Shown in pieces: positions 1 to 8,900 of a stretch of DNA of 64,000 nucleotides. Source of the DNA: Allofournierella sp. (GTDB lineage: Bacteria > Bacillota > Clostridia > Oscillospirales > Ruminococcaceae). How positions within the stretch are numbered: the first letter of the stretch is position 1; every line of letters starts with the position of its first letter. Made by a program: the position numbers and the translations under genes. Location of the stretch: positions 442 to 64,441 of the forward strand of contig NZ_DBGCTQ010000092.1 of assembly GCF_048388525.1 (NCBI RefSeq), read 5' to 3'. The notes beneath the pieces are model-generated. The model worked only from the letters and a program-made list of their open reading frames with translations. It searched no databases and was not told the DNA's origin.

Positions 1-2
1 TG

Positions 3-590
3 GTGGGCAACCGCGCCATGATGCAAAAGCAGGGGGTCGAGATCCCCAGCCTGGATTACGAGCAGCGCTATACCAAGGGCAGCAAGGAGCCCATTTACCT
101 TGCGGTGAGCGGCCGCCTGTTCGCCATGTTCCTGGTGAGCTACCGGGCGGACCCCCAGGCGGCCGAGGTGCTGGACACCCTGCGGCGGCAGGGCGTTTCG
201 GTGCTGGTGCACAGCGACGACTTCTCGCTGACCGGCGCGCTGGTGGCGGGGGTGTATGGCCTGCCCGAGGACAGCGTGAAGGTTCTGACCGGCGCCGACC
301 GCAAGGCACTGGATCCCGCGAGCGCCTACCTGCGCGAGAGCGAGGGCTGCATGACCCACCTGGGCACCTTCTCGTCTTTTGTGGGGGGGCTGACCGCCGC
401 GGCGGGCGCCGCCTGGGGCGAGCGCGCCGCCAGCCTGGTGCAGGCGGCTGGGGTGGCGTTCAGCTGCGCTTTGGCCCTGCTGCTGGCGTTTACCGGCGGT
501 TTTGCACAGCTGGCGCTGCCGGCCCTGCTGCTGTATCAGGCGGCCTGGGGCGTGCTGGCGCTGGCCATGCCTCTGCTGAAAAAATATTAA
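3..590 (+). CDS. P-type (heavy-metal type) ATPase-like membrane protein, C-terminal fragment cut by the window edge
   Basis: ORF 3..590. LAVSGRLFAMFLV...VSVLVHSDDFSLTG...LPEDSVKVL matches by eye the P-domain/hinge layout of CopA-type pumps, followed by two hydrophobic helices. The positions of the canonical TGD and GDGxND motifs are substituted. Confidence 0.45.
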   Translation: MGNRAMMQKQGVEIPSLDYEQRYTKGSKEPIYLAVSGRLFAMFLVSYRADPQAAEVLDTLRRQGVSVLVHSDDFSLTGALVAGVYGLPEDSVKVLTGADRKALDPASAYLRESEGCMTHLGTFSSFVGGLTAAAGAAWGERAASLVQAAGVAFSCALALLLAFTGGFAQLALPALLLYQAAWGVLALAMPLLKKY

Positions 591-610
591 AAGCGGCCGC
601 GTGCCGCGCG

Positions 611-641
611 GGCGGCCCCGATGTTCGGGGCCGCCTTTTTT
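611..641 (+). terminator. Rho-independent terminator
   Basis: GGCGGCCCCG-ATGTT-CGGGGCCGCC stem-loop followed by TTTTTT. Confidence 0.6.
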
Positions 642-881
642 GACGCCGGCACGGCAAAAAATGGCCGCAGGGGCGCCGGCTCAGCGCTGTTTGTGCAAAC
701 GGAGGAATGTCAATGGGCAATTTGTACAAAGCTGGACGGGGATTTTCTGTGAGGGCAAAGGGGAAATTTGATTGGACAGTTCTTTTAAAAAGCCCTCCTT
801 TGTGGTAGTATTTTTGTATAGGTTGCTGCCGCTGCGGCACAAGGGCAAAAACAAGCGGCAGAAGAGAGGTTGTTTACGATC

Positions 882-2963
882 ATGAATTACGCCAACACAG
901 ACATCCGCAACATATTGGTGGCCGGTCACGCCGGCTGCGGCAAAACCACCCTGGTGGAAGCGCTGCTCTATACCACCGGCGCCATGGAGCGCATGGGGCG
1001 TGTGGAAGATGGCAATACCACATGCGATTACGACCCCGAAGAGGCAAAGCGCCAGGCTTCGCTGAACCTGGCGGTGGCCCCGGTGGAGTATGCCGGGACC
1101 AAGCTGAATTTTTTGGACGTTCCCGGCCTGTTCGATTTTGAGCTGGGCGAATATGAGGGCATTCAGGCCGCCGGCAGCGTGCTGATCACGGTGTCGGCCC
1201 GGTCGGGTGTGACCGTTGGCGCCGAGAAGGCGTACCATCTGGCCGAGAAAAAAGGCCGCAGCCGGGTGGTCTTTGTGAGCAAGATGGATCTGGAAAACGC
1301 GAACTTTTACAAGATCCTGGAAGAGCTTAAGAGCAAGTTCGGCCCGTCGGTCTGTCCCTGCGTGGTGCCCTTCCGCACGCCGGACGGCACGGTGCTGTAC
1401 ATCAACCTGTTCAGCCAGAAGGCCTTTAAGTATGAGGGCGGCAAGCAGGTGCAGGTGGCCATGCCGGACATGGCCCACCGGCTGGACGGCCTGGTGGAGG
1501 CCATGAGCGAGGCGGTGGCCGAGACCGACGACGCGCTGATGGAGAAGTTTTTCTCGGGCGAGCCCTTTACCACCGAGGAGATCGTGCAGGGGCTGGCCAA
1601 GGGCTGCAAGAGCGGCATGATCACCCCGGTGTTCTGCGGCAGCGCCGTGAACCTGCAGGCGCTGGATATGCTGCTGTATAACCTGAAAGTGCTGCTGCCG
1701 AGCCCTGCCGAGGTGACGCCCCCGGTGGCCCGCACAAAAGAGGGCACCGAGGTGGAGCTGGCCTGCGACCCGGCGGCCCCGGCGGCGGCCTATGTGTTCC
1801 GCACGGTGGCCGACCCGTTTGTTGGCAAGCTGAGCTACGTGAAGGTGTTCAGCGGCACCCTGAAGGCGGACACCGCCCTGGTGAATGCCCGCACGGGCGA
1901 GACCGAGCGCTTTGGCAAGCTGCTGGCGCTGCGCGGCAAGCGCCAGACCGACGCAGGCAGCATTGGCGCGGGCGACATTGGCGCGGTGACCAAGCTGCCC
2001 GCCGCCCAGACCGGCGATACCCTGTGCGACCCCGCCCGGGTGGCCGCGCTGCCGGCCGCCGCTTTCCCGAACCCCACCCTGGCCATGGCGCTGCGGGTGG
2101 TGAAAAAGGGAGACGAGGGTAAGATCGGCGCGGCGCTGGCCCGCCTGATGGAAGAGGACCGTACCCTGAGCTACCGGGTGGACCCCGAGACCGCGCAGCA
2201 GATCATCAGCGGCCTGGGCGAACAGCACCTGGACGTGGTGGTAGCCAAGCTCAAGGCGAAGTTCGGCGTGGAGGTGGAGCTGAGCGCCCCCCGTGTGGCT
2301 TACCGCGAGTCGGTGCGTAAAAAGTGCAAGGCGCAGGGCCGCCACAAAAAACAGACCGGCGGCCATGGCCAGTTCGGCGATGTGTGGATCGAGTTCGAGC
2401 CCTGCGACAGCGAGGAACTGGTATTTGAGGAAAAGGTGTTCGGTGGCAGCGTGCCCCGGAACTACTTCCCGGCGGTGGAAAAAGGCCTGCGGCAGGCCGC
2501 GCAGCACGGGGTGCTGGCCGGTTATCCGGTGGTGGGCCTGAAAGCCACCCTGCTGGACGGCAGCTATCACCCGGTGGATTCCAGCGAGATGGCGTTTGTG
2601 ATGGCTGCCAAGATCGCCTACAAGGCGGCCCTGCCCGAGGCGGGCCCGGTGCTGCTGGAGCCTTTCGGCACCCTGAAAGCCCACGTTCCCGGCGACAACA
2701 CCGGCGATATTATGGGCGATGTGACCAAGCGGCGCGGCCGCGTGCTGGGCATGAGCCCGGACGAGGACGGCCAGCAGGTGGTGGAGGCCGAGGTCCCCAT
2801 GGCCGAAATGCAGGACTTCACCACCTTTATGCGGCAGCTCACCCAAGGCCGCGGGCATTTTACCCTGGAATTCGTGCGCTACGAGCCCCTGCCCGCCAAC
2901 CTGGAGGGCAAGGTGATCGAGGAAGCAAAGAAACTGGGCAATGGCGCGGAGGAGGAGGAATAA
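882..2963 (+). CDS. EF-G family translational GTPase paralogue with a divergent G domain
   Basis: The ATG at 882 follows GAAGAGAGG. MNYANTDIRNILVAGHAGCGKTTL (G1), FLDVPGLFDF (G3), VSKMD (G4), KKQTGGHGQFGDVWIEFEP and GSYHPVDSSEMAF are EF-G domain III-V hallmarks. Length is about 693 aa. Confidence 0.85.
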   Translation: MNYANTDIRNILVAGHAGCGKTTLVEALLYTTGAMERMGRVEDGNTTCDYDPEEAKRQASLNLAVAPVEYAGTKLNFLDVPGLFDFELGEYEGIQAAGSVLITVSARSGVTVGAEKAYHLAEKKGRSRVVFVSKMDLENANFYKILEELKSKFGPSVCPCVVPFRTPDGTVLYINLFSQKAFKYEGGKQVQVAMPDMAHRLDGLVEAMSEAVAETDDALMEKFFSGEPFTTEEIVQGLAKGCKSGMITPVFCGSAVNLQALDMLLYNLKVLLPSPAEVTPPVARTKEGTEVELACDPAAPAAAYVFRTVADPFVGKLSYVKVFSGTLKADTALVNARTGETERFGKLLALRGKRQTDAGSIGAGDIGAVTKLPAAQTGDTLCDPARVAALPAAAFPNPTLAMALRVVKKGDEGKIGAALARLMEEDRTLSYRVDPETAQQIISGLGEQHLDVVVAKLKAKFGVEVELSAPRVAYRESVRKKCKAQGRHKKQTGGHGQFGDVWIEFEPCDSEELVFEEKVFGGSVPRNYFPAVEKGLRQAAQHGVLAGYPVVGLKATLLDGSYHPVDSSEMAFVMAAKIAYKAALPEAGPVLLEPFGTLKAHVPGDNTGDIMGDVTKRRGRVLGMSPDEDGQQVVEAEVPMAEMQDFTTFMRQLTQGRGHFTLEFVRYEPLPANLEGKVIEEAKKLGNGAEEEE

Positions 2964-3107
2964 AAGAACCCCCCGCGGCATAAACTGAATTAACGCAGGC
3001 GGACCCACAGGCAGGGCACGGCGCCCCGCCTGTGGGCCCAAATTTTGGGCGGGTGCCAAAAAAAGCGGTGCTCTTTTGGCGAATCAGCCGAAAAAACGGC
3101 GCTTATA

Positions 3108-3136
3108 TTGACAAGCAAAGTGGAATCCGATATACT
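3108..3136 (+). promoter_or_regulatory. sigma70-type promoter upstream of greA
   Basis: TTGACA (3108-3113), 17-nt spacer, TATACT (3131-3136). Confidence 0.4.
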
Positions 3137-3219
3137 ATCGAAATTAAGTGGATGACCCACACATGGTTCCAAGCGCGCGCGTGCGCGCGTATTATTATAT
3201 TGGGGAGAATTGCAGTATC

Positions 3220-3705
3220 ATGAGCAACAAAGAAGTCGTCATGACCCGCGCGGGCCTCAAGGCCCTGGAGGACGAACTGGAAGAACTCAAGACCGTCCGC
3301 CGCAAGGATGTGGCGGAAAAAATAAAGGTGGCCCGCGGCTTTGGCGACCTGTCGGAAAACAGCGAGTACGACGAGGCCAAGAACGAGCAGGGCTTTATCG
3401 AGAGCCGTATCGTGCAGCTGGAGGCCACCCTGAAGCACGCCCGCGTGATCGACGACGACGATCTGGACCTGAGCGTGGTTTCGGTGGGCACCCATATAAA
3501 GATTGTGGACGAGGACGGCGAAGCCGAGGAATACGATATGACCGGATCCACCGAGGCAGACCCCCTGAACGGCAAGATCAGCGACGAAAGCCCGGTGGGC
3601 GCCGCGCTGATCGGCAAAAAGGTGGGCGAAACGGCTGAGGTGGTGCTGCCCAACGGCGGGACGGTTCAGTACAAAATCCTGGAGATCGGCCGCGCGGCGC
3701 TGTAA
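3220..3705 (+). CDS. greA: transcription elongation factor GreA
   Basis: Internal ATG at 3220 preceded by [63 protein letters not shown] is the classic GreA coiled-coil, followed by the C-terminal globular domain. Confidence 0.9.
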   Translation: MSNKEVVMTRAGLKALEDELEELKTVRRKDVAEKIKVARGFGDLSENSEYDEAKNEQGFIESRIVQLEATLKHARVIDDDDLDLSVVSVGTHIKIVDEDGEAEEYDMTGSTEADPLNGKISDESPVGAALIGKKVGETAEVVLPNGGTVQYKILEIGRAAL

Positions 3706-3743
3706 AAACGCTGTAAAACGGCGTAAATACGAAGTTTTCATGC

Positions 3744-3771
3744 AAAAACAGGTGCCATGGCACCTGTTTTT
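3744..3771 (+). terminator. Rho-independent terminator after greA
   Basis: AAAAACAGGTG-CCATGG-CACCTGTTTTT. Confidence 0.6.
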
Positions 3772-3772
3772 G

Positions 3773-3781
3773 TGCTATAAT
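3773..3781 (+). promoter_or_regulatory. extended -10 element upstream of lysS
   Basis: TGcTATAAT lies directly after the greA terminator, about 75 nt upstream of the lysS start. Confidence 0.35.
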
Positions 3782-3854
3782 AGCAAGGCGTAAGCCGCCC
3801 CGGCGGCTGGAACAGAAAATCGGCGCCCCGGTGGGCGCGCGGGAGGATAAAACG

Positions 3855-5390
3855 ATGGAGCCAAATGAAGTGAAGAACAAGGCGGCCGAAGTGGCTGAGG
3901 AGCTCACCGAAAAGGCCTATAACGAGCTGGTGACCGTGCGCCGTGACAAGCTCAAATGTTTGCAGGAAGCGGGGTGCGACCCTTTCCAGCGCACAAAATA
4001 CCCCCAGGATTCCTATGCGGCCGACATTAAGGCAGAGTTTGCGCACCTGGAGCCGGAGCAGGAAACCGGCAAGGCCGTGTGCCTGGCGGGCCGCATGATG
4101 AGCAAGCGGGTGATGGGCAAGGCCAGCTTTGCCGACCTGCGCGACCACTCGGGCGATATCCAGCTGTATGTGCGCCGGGACGTGGTGGGCGAGGAGGAGT
4201 ACGCCGCCTTTAAAAAGTGCGATATCGGCGACGTGATCGGCGTGAAGGGCGAGGTGTTCCGCACCAAGATGGGCGAGATCAGCGTGCGGTGCACCGAGGT
4301 GCTGCTGCTGGCCAAGAGCCTTTTGCCCCTGCCCGAGAAATTTCACGGCCTGAAGGACCAGGAGATGCGCTACCGCCAGCGGTATGTGGACCTGATCGTG
4401 AACCCCGAGGTGAAAGACACCTTTGTGCGGCGCAGCCAGATTTTGCGGGAGATCCGCGACTACCTGGACGGCAGAGGCTTTTTGGAGGTGGACACCCCCA
4501 TCCTGCTGCCGCTGGAGATCGGGGCCGCGGCCCGGCCCTTTGTGACCCACCACAACACCCTGGATATTGATATGTACCTGCGGGTGGAGACCGAGCTGGC
4601 CCTGAAGCGCCTGATCGTGGGCGGCTTTGACCGGGTATACGAGGTGGGGCGCATTTTCCGCAACGAGGGCATGGATACCCGCCACAACCCCGAGTTCACC
4701 AGCATCGAGCTGTATCAGGCCTATACGGATTATAAGGGGATCATGGACCTGGTGGAGGATCTGTACAAGCACCTGGCACAGACCGTGTGCGGCAGCCTGG
4801 TGATCCCTTACCAGGGCAAGCAGATCGATATGGGCCATTGGGAGCGGCTGACCATGGCGGAGGCCGTGAAAAAGTACGCCGGGGTGGACTATTATGCCTG
4901 GGAAAGCGACGAGGCCGCCCGCGCCGCCGCCAAAGAACACCATGTGGAGGTGCCGGCCGGCGCCACCAGAGGCGCGGTGCTGGTGGAATTCTTCGACGCC
5001 TATGTGGAGGAGCATCTGATCCAGCCCACCTTTATTTACGACTACCCGGTGGAGAACAGCCCCCTTGCCAAGCGCAAGGCGGACGACCCGGCTTTTACCG
5101 AGCGGTTTGAGTATTTCATCAACGCCACCGAGTTCGGCAACGCCTTCAGCGAGCTGAACGATCCCATCGACCAGAAGGAGCGGTTCGAGCGGCAGGTGGC
5201 GGCCCGCAAGGCCGCGAACCCCGCCGACACCTGCCAGGTGGACTACGATTATGTGAACGCGCTGGAATACGGCCTGCCCCCCACGGGCGGCCTGGGCTTT
5301 GGCGTGGACCGGCTGATCATGCTGCTCACCGACTCGGCCTCGATCCGGGACGTGCTGCTGTTCCCCACGATGAAACCGCTGGACAAGTAA
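3855..5390 (+). CDS. lysS: lysine--tRNA ligase (class II)
   Basis: ATG at 3855 after GGAGG. Has an N-terminal OB domain (GRMMSKRVMGKASFADLRD..G.IQLY), class II motifs (FRNEGMDTRHNPEFTSIE, GGLGFGVDRLIML) and the conserved greA-lysS adjacency. Confidence 0.93.
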   Translation: MEPNEVKNKAAEVAEELTEKAYNELVTVRRDKLKCLQEAGCDPFQRTKYPQDSYAADIKAEFAHLEPEQETGKAVCLAGRMMSKRVMGKASFADLRDHSGDIQLYVRRDVVGEEEYAAFKKCDIGDVIGVKGEVFRTKMGEISVRCTEVLLLAKSLLPLPEKFHGLKDQEMRYRQRYVDLIVNPEVKDTFVRRSQILREIRDYLDGRGFLEVDTPILLPLEIGAAARPFVTHHNTLDIDMYLRVETELALKRLIVGGFDRVYEVGRIFRNEGMDTRHNPEFTSIELYQAYTDYKGIMDLVEDLYKHLAQTVCGSLVIPYQGKQIDMGHWERLTMAEAVKKYAGVDYYAWESDEAARAAAKEHHVEVPAGATRGAVLVEFFDAYVEEHLIQPTFIYDYPVENSPLAKRKADDPAFTERFEYFINATEFGNAFSELNDPIDQKERFERQVAARKAANPADTCQVDYDYVNALEYGLPPTGGLGFGVDRLIMLLTDSASIRDVLLFPTMKPLDK

Positions 5391-5810
5391 ACACCCCAAA
5401 AAGCACAATATGTAGCGGTTGTGGAACAAGACGGGGCTGAATATGGGATTCACCCGCTGCAACTACAACTTTTACTACAACTTTTGCGCCGAACCCTGCG
5501 AAACAGGACGGCTGGGTACGAAGGGCTGGCCCGACAAGGATCTGTCGTGGTCAGCCCTTTGACTATTTACGGTCCTGCTTATTTACAGCAGCTTGAATTG
5601 CCCGCTGATGTTTTTGACCTTGCTCTGCATAGTTTCTTCTCTGAACTGAACCGGAAGGGTTTGTGAAAACATGGATGTTTACGCATGGTACAGCAACGAT
5701 TGTTTCTACGAACACAACGAACATTGCACCCGAAGAAATAAGGTAGTTACTTATAGAAGCATGTGCCGGTTTCAAATTATATCACAATGAAAACAAGGGA
5801 GGTTCGGCAC

Positions 5811-6095
5811 ATGAAACATAAGAATATGTGCTACGATAACCGCTATAAATACAAACTGAATATGCTTGAACCGGGGCTTATCATGATGAAACTCATGGGA
5901 ATAGTATTTGTAACTGGTATTCTATTTTGGGCGGCAGGGTGGCATTGGCTTTCTTCAATTGCTTTGTTTTTGGCAGGAGCCGTATTTGCTGTTTTGCTAA
6001 TCTTGTTAGCCATTGAAGCACATCAGGACAAGGTGTTGAATGATATTGCTATGCGGGAAAATAATGAATGGGAGAAAAAATATGGAAGCGGTTAA
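5811..6095 (+). CDS. small two-helix membrane protein, hypothetical
   Basis: ATG at 5811 lies 8 nt after AGGGAGG. Two hydrophobic helices (LMGIVFVTGILFWAAGW, IALFLAGAVFAVLLILLAI). I do not recognise a family. Confidence 0.4.
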   Translation: MKHKNMCYDNRYKYKLNMLEPGLIMMKLMGIVFVTGILFWAAGWHWLSSIALFLAGAVFAVLLILLAIEAHQDKVLNDIAMRENNEWEKKYGSG

Positions 6096-6318
6096 AAATT
6101 ATATGTATACAGAACGTGCGCATTTTATGTGCCCTAATATGCACTTTGGAATTATGGCAAAAATAGAAAGTAATTATGATGAAGGGCAGCTCAGACAAAG
6201 CATAGACACCCTTCAAAAAGCGCACCCGTTTCTGCAAAGTTTAATTGCTGAGGAAACGGACACTGGCAGATTTTATTATCAGAGACAAGATTGTTTGAAT
6301 ATTCCTGTAAATATCTGA
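6082..6318 (+). pseudogene. 78-aa N-terminal fragment resembling condensation/acyltransferase-like proteins, probably truncated
   Basis: ATG at 6082 after GGGAGA. ...GQLRQSIDTLQKAHPFLQSLIAEE... looks like the N-terminal helix region of condensation-type domains. The ORF stops after 78 aa and is followed by non-coding hairpins. Confidence 0.3.
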
Positions 6319-6485
6319 ATAGATTTTTGATTATCTCTTTATTTCTTTTTAAATGCCGGGAAAGCCCGTAACCCCGGGCTTTCCCGGCTTACTGTGTATT
6401 GGAAGAACCTCACATATACCCCCATAACCGCTTATGTCTTTGCTCTGAAAAGTAGTAGATTGAGTAGTAAAATACAATCTTACTA

Positions 6486-6990
6486 CTATGCCGCAATGTT
6501 CATTCCAGTGTCCAGGCGGTCCATTTCTGCCTTGGCCGAATCGAAATTGGCGTGGGCATAATAGTTGAGCGTCATGACGATGTTTGCGTGGCCCATGATG
6601 TATTGCAATGCCTTGGGGTTCATGCCTGCATTGGCCTTCTTCGTGCAGAATGTATGCCTCATGGTGTGAGGGGTCATTACCTTTGGCAGAGGTGCCTCAT
6701 GGCACTTGTTGTGCTTTTTCAACAGGCACTTGAACATGGCATCGTAGTTTGCCGCCGTTTTTGGCAGGCCGTCCCGGTTCAGGAACAGGAAATGCGCATA
6801 TCCATCAATGATGATAGGTTTGGCACCCTTGCGGTTCTTCAGGACACGCTTGAACGCTTCGCTGGCGGCTGCGGTCATTGGTATCTGCCTGATGCCGCTT
6901 TCCGTCTTGGGTGTCTCAATGTAGAAACCGTCCTCTGCGCTCCGTAAAAGCTGATGATCTACTTTGACATAGCTTTTTTCAAAATCAAAC
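6486..6990 (-). pseudogene. tyrosine recombinase (phage integrase family), C-terminal catalytic fragment only
   Basis: The frame reads FDFEKSYVKVDHQLLRSAEDGFYIETPKTESGIRQIP...HTMRHTFCT...GHANIVMTLNYYAH, covering the R..HxxR..H..Y catalytic set. The N-terminal core-binding part is absent. Upstream, the frame runs into the truncated hydrolase gene. Confidence 0.75.
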
Positions 6991-7395
6991 CTTTGTCCAT
7001 GGCTCCGACCTGTATTTATACGGCGCGGTCATGGTCAGCAGGTGCCTGATTGTCACCTGCTGTATGGTCTTTTCTCCCCGTTTTATAGTGTAGTCCGGGA
7101 AAAAGTCCAGTACTGACTGATCGATACTTTTTATGAAACCTTTGTCAAGCGCAATCCCAAGCAGCAGAGAAACAACGCTTTTTGTTGCCGACATGACGTG
7201 TACGGTATCAGTCGTTTTGTGATCATGCCATGTGTCATTGATGAGCGTAACGCCGTTTTTCAGCGCGGTGATCTGGCAGATGTTGTCTTGTGTCGTGGAA
7301 ATAAAGTTATGAAATTCTTTATCACTCATATTCTTACTCGCTTTCATGTGCTTATTTTCTGGTACGCATTTTCCGCCAAAGGCGCCCTTGTCCAA
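6985..7395 (-). pseudogene. serine hydrolase / beta-lactamase-family protein, N-terminal 136 aa only
   Basis: An SxxK motif in VMSATKSVVSLLLGIALDKG is typical of class C beta-lactamase/PBP-like hydrolases. The ORF ends at the junction with the integrase fragment, well short of full length. Confidence 0.6.
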
Positions 7396-7430
7396 TAAGG
7401 CGCAGCAATACCAGCCCTACAAATCTGGAT

Positions 7431-7580
7431 TTATCTGCTGATTATGCTCTTTAACCCTGTTGTCTTTCTTTCACAGGGTCTTTGCCTTTTAGAATCAGCA
7501 TGATGTTTTCTGCATTCTTCACATTTGCCGTGAAACTCACATTTTGTTTTTTTACAAGGGCACTTTTTGTTTATTATCAT
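7431..7580 (-). CDS. 49-aa cysteine/histidine-rich small protein, below the ORF-track cutoff
   Basis: My own translation is MIINKKCPCKKTKCEFHGKCEECRKHHADSKRQRPCERKTTGLKSIISR. The pattern is CxC-x4-C-x5-C-x2-C-x2-HH-x8-C. GGTGA lies 6 nt upstream of the ATG. Confidence 0.45.
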   Translation of the reverse strand: MIINKKCPCKKTKCEFHGKCEECRKHHADSKRQRPCERKTTGLKSIISR

Positions 7581-7662
7581 TTTCTATCACCATAAAATTG
7601 GTCGTTGTTCACCTTATTCCAATAAGACGTAGTGAAACAGGCCAAGTACCAATAAACAGGTA

Positions 7663-7962
7663 CTAATCTACATTGCTCTGTTTAACACTGTCATATGCCA
7701 CAGATGTCGGGAAATACTTTGAGCTTAATCTGAAATTATAAGTAGTCCCCGATTCATCGGAAAAGCCAACAATATAATCATCATATACGGTTGAAAACTC
7801 AATGTTTTTATATGTCAGGCCAATTCCACTGTAATTTTCGTTCACATAACTTATCGCAGTCTGTTTTCCAATCATTTTTGGAATTACACCAGTAATCCAT
7901 AACGCTATAATCAATATGATGATGGCTACAATTCCGACGAATACATATTTGCTTTTATTCAC
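7663..7962 (-). CDS. small N-terminally membrane-anchored protein, hypothetical
   Basis: 99 aa with a single N-terminal helix (FVGIVAIIILIIALWITGVI) and then a soluble beta-rich region. The upstream sequence includes GGAGGAAAG. Confidence 0.5.
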   Translation of the reverse strand: MNKSKYVFVGIVAIIILIIALWITGVIPKMIGKQTAISYVNENYSGIGLTYKNIEFSTVYDDYIVGFSDESGTTYNFRLSSKYFPTSVAYDSVKQSNVD

Positions 7963-8050
7963 AGGTCTTTCCTCCGTAAACTAAGATGTGTTGGTGTGCC
8001 TTTTCCGCCTAAGATGCGCTTTTCCAACAAGGCCGTTTTTTTGCAAATCG

Positions 8051-8890
8051 TTACCATTTATCATAATGGATCTTCCCCGGTTCCCAGCGGTGGCATAATT
8101 CCTTTTCCTCATCCGGCCAGCCAAACGCGATCACCGAGGCAGGCTCCAGCTTGGAGGGAAGTTCCAATAGATCAATCAGCAGCTTCCGCCAATCAGAGCT
8201 TGACGCCACACCGCACCAGACGCCTCCCAGGCCCAGGCCATGAATGCCCAGCAGGATATTCTGCGTGGTAGCGGCGCAGTCCGCATACAAAAACTCCTTT
8301 ATGCCCTCTATATTTTTATCACCACAAACGACGATGGCACCCGCGGCCTCCGCAAGCATAGCCGCATGTGAATTTCGTGAGGCAAGTTCTGCCAGAAGCT
8401 GTCTGTTCCTGATCACGATAAAATGATAAGGCCGCTTATTTTGGGCCGTAGGCGCATACAACCCGCAGCACAGCATTGCCGTGACCAACTCGTCTCCGAC
8501 TGGCCTGGAGGTAAATTTTCGTATGCTTTGACGCGTCTTGATTGCGGTCAGTACATCCATCCCACTGCTGACGGAGGCAGGTTCTTCCTGTTTGTTACCG
8601 GCAGGCTCTATATCTTCGAGTGCCATGACAACCCGCGCGGTCATGGCCTGCCCGTCAAATCCGATGGACTTTTGCAGCCCCTTATCTATGACCATCAGAA
8701 ATTTTCCGCCGCCACGGGATAGTAATTTGCTGCGGTACTTGACACCATTGATCGTACCGCTGACATAGATCGTGCCCTTCGGTTTACAAAACCGCTCCCT
8801 TGCATGGAACGGAATTTCAAAAAAGGTCAGTCTGCCTGCATTGTCCTTTTGAATAAGCGCCTCAAATATTTCCATTGCGATTCCCTCCAT
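8051..8890 (-). CDS. DUF1905-like domain fused to a nitroreductase-family domain
   Basis: The N-terminal part (...FFEIPFHARERFCKPKGTIYVSGTINGVKYRSKLLSRGGGKFLMV) is YdeI/DUF1905-like. The C-terminal part (IKTRQSIRKFTSRPV...APTAQNKRPYHFIVI...) is nitroreductase-like. Confidence 0.7.
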   Translation of the reverse strand: MEGIAMEIFEALIQKDNAGRLTFFEIPFHARERFCKPKGTIYVSGTINGVKYRSKLLSRGGGKFLMVIDKGLQKSIGFDGQAMTARVVMALEDIEPAGNKQEEPASVSSGMDVLTAIKTRQSIRKFTSRPVGDELVTAMLCCGLYAPTAQNKRPYHFIVIRNRQLLAELASRNSHAAMLAEAAGAIVVCGDKNIEGIKEFLYADCAATTQNILLGIHGLGLGGVWCGVASSSDWRKLLIDLLELPSKLEPASVIAFGWPDEEKELCHRWEPGKIHYDKW

Positions 8891-8900
8891 CCTGGCCGGC

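Noticed and set aside
681-3059. 792-aa minus-strand ORF covering the whole EF-G paralogue.
   Set aside because: It runs antisense to a gene with clear homology. Its composition is Ala/Gly/Arg/His/Leu-rich and low in complexity, with no recognisable motif. Long antisense open frames are expected in GC-rich DNA because stop codons are AT-rich.
3706-3854. Looked for a T-box or riboswitch leader upstream of lysS.
   Set aside because: The interval is fully explained by the greA terminator, an extended -10 element and the RBS. No specifier or antiterminator-like structure is evident.
3738-5462. 574-aa ORF antisense to lysS.
   Set aside because: It is the mirror frame of a highly conserved gene, with no motifs and low-complexity composition.
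5563-5775. 70-aa minus-strand ORF at the left edge of the AT-rich island; considered as a recombinase remnant.
   Set aside because: It has no recognisable recombinase motif and no RBS. The sequence is too short to call.
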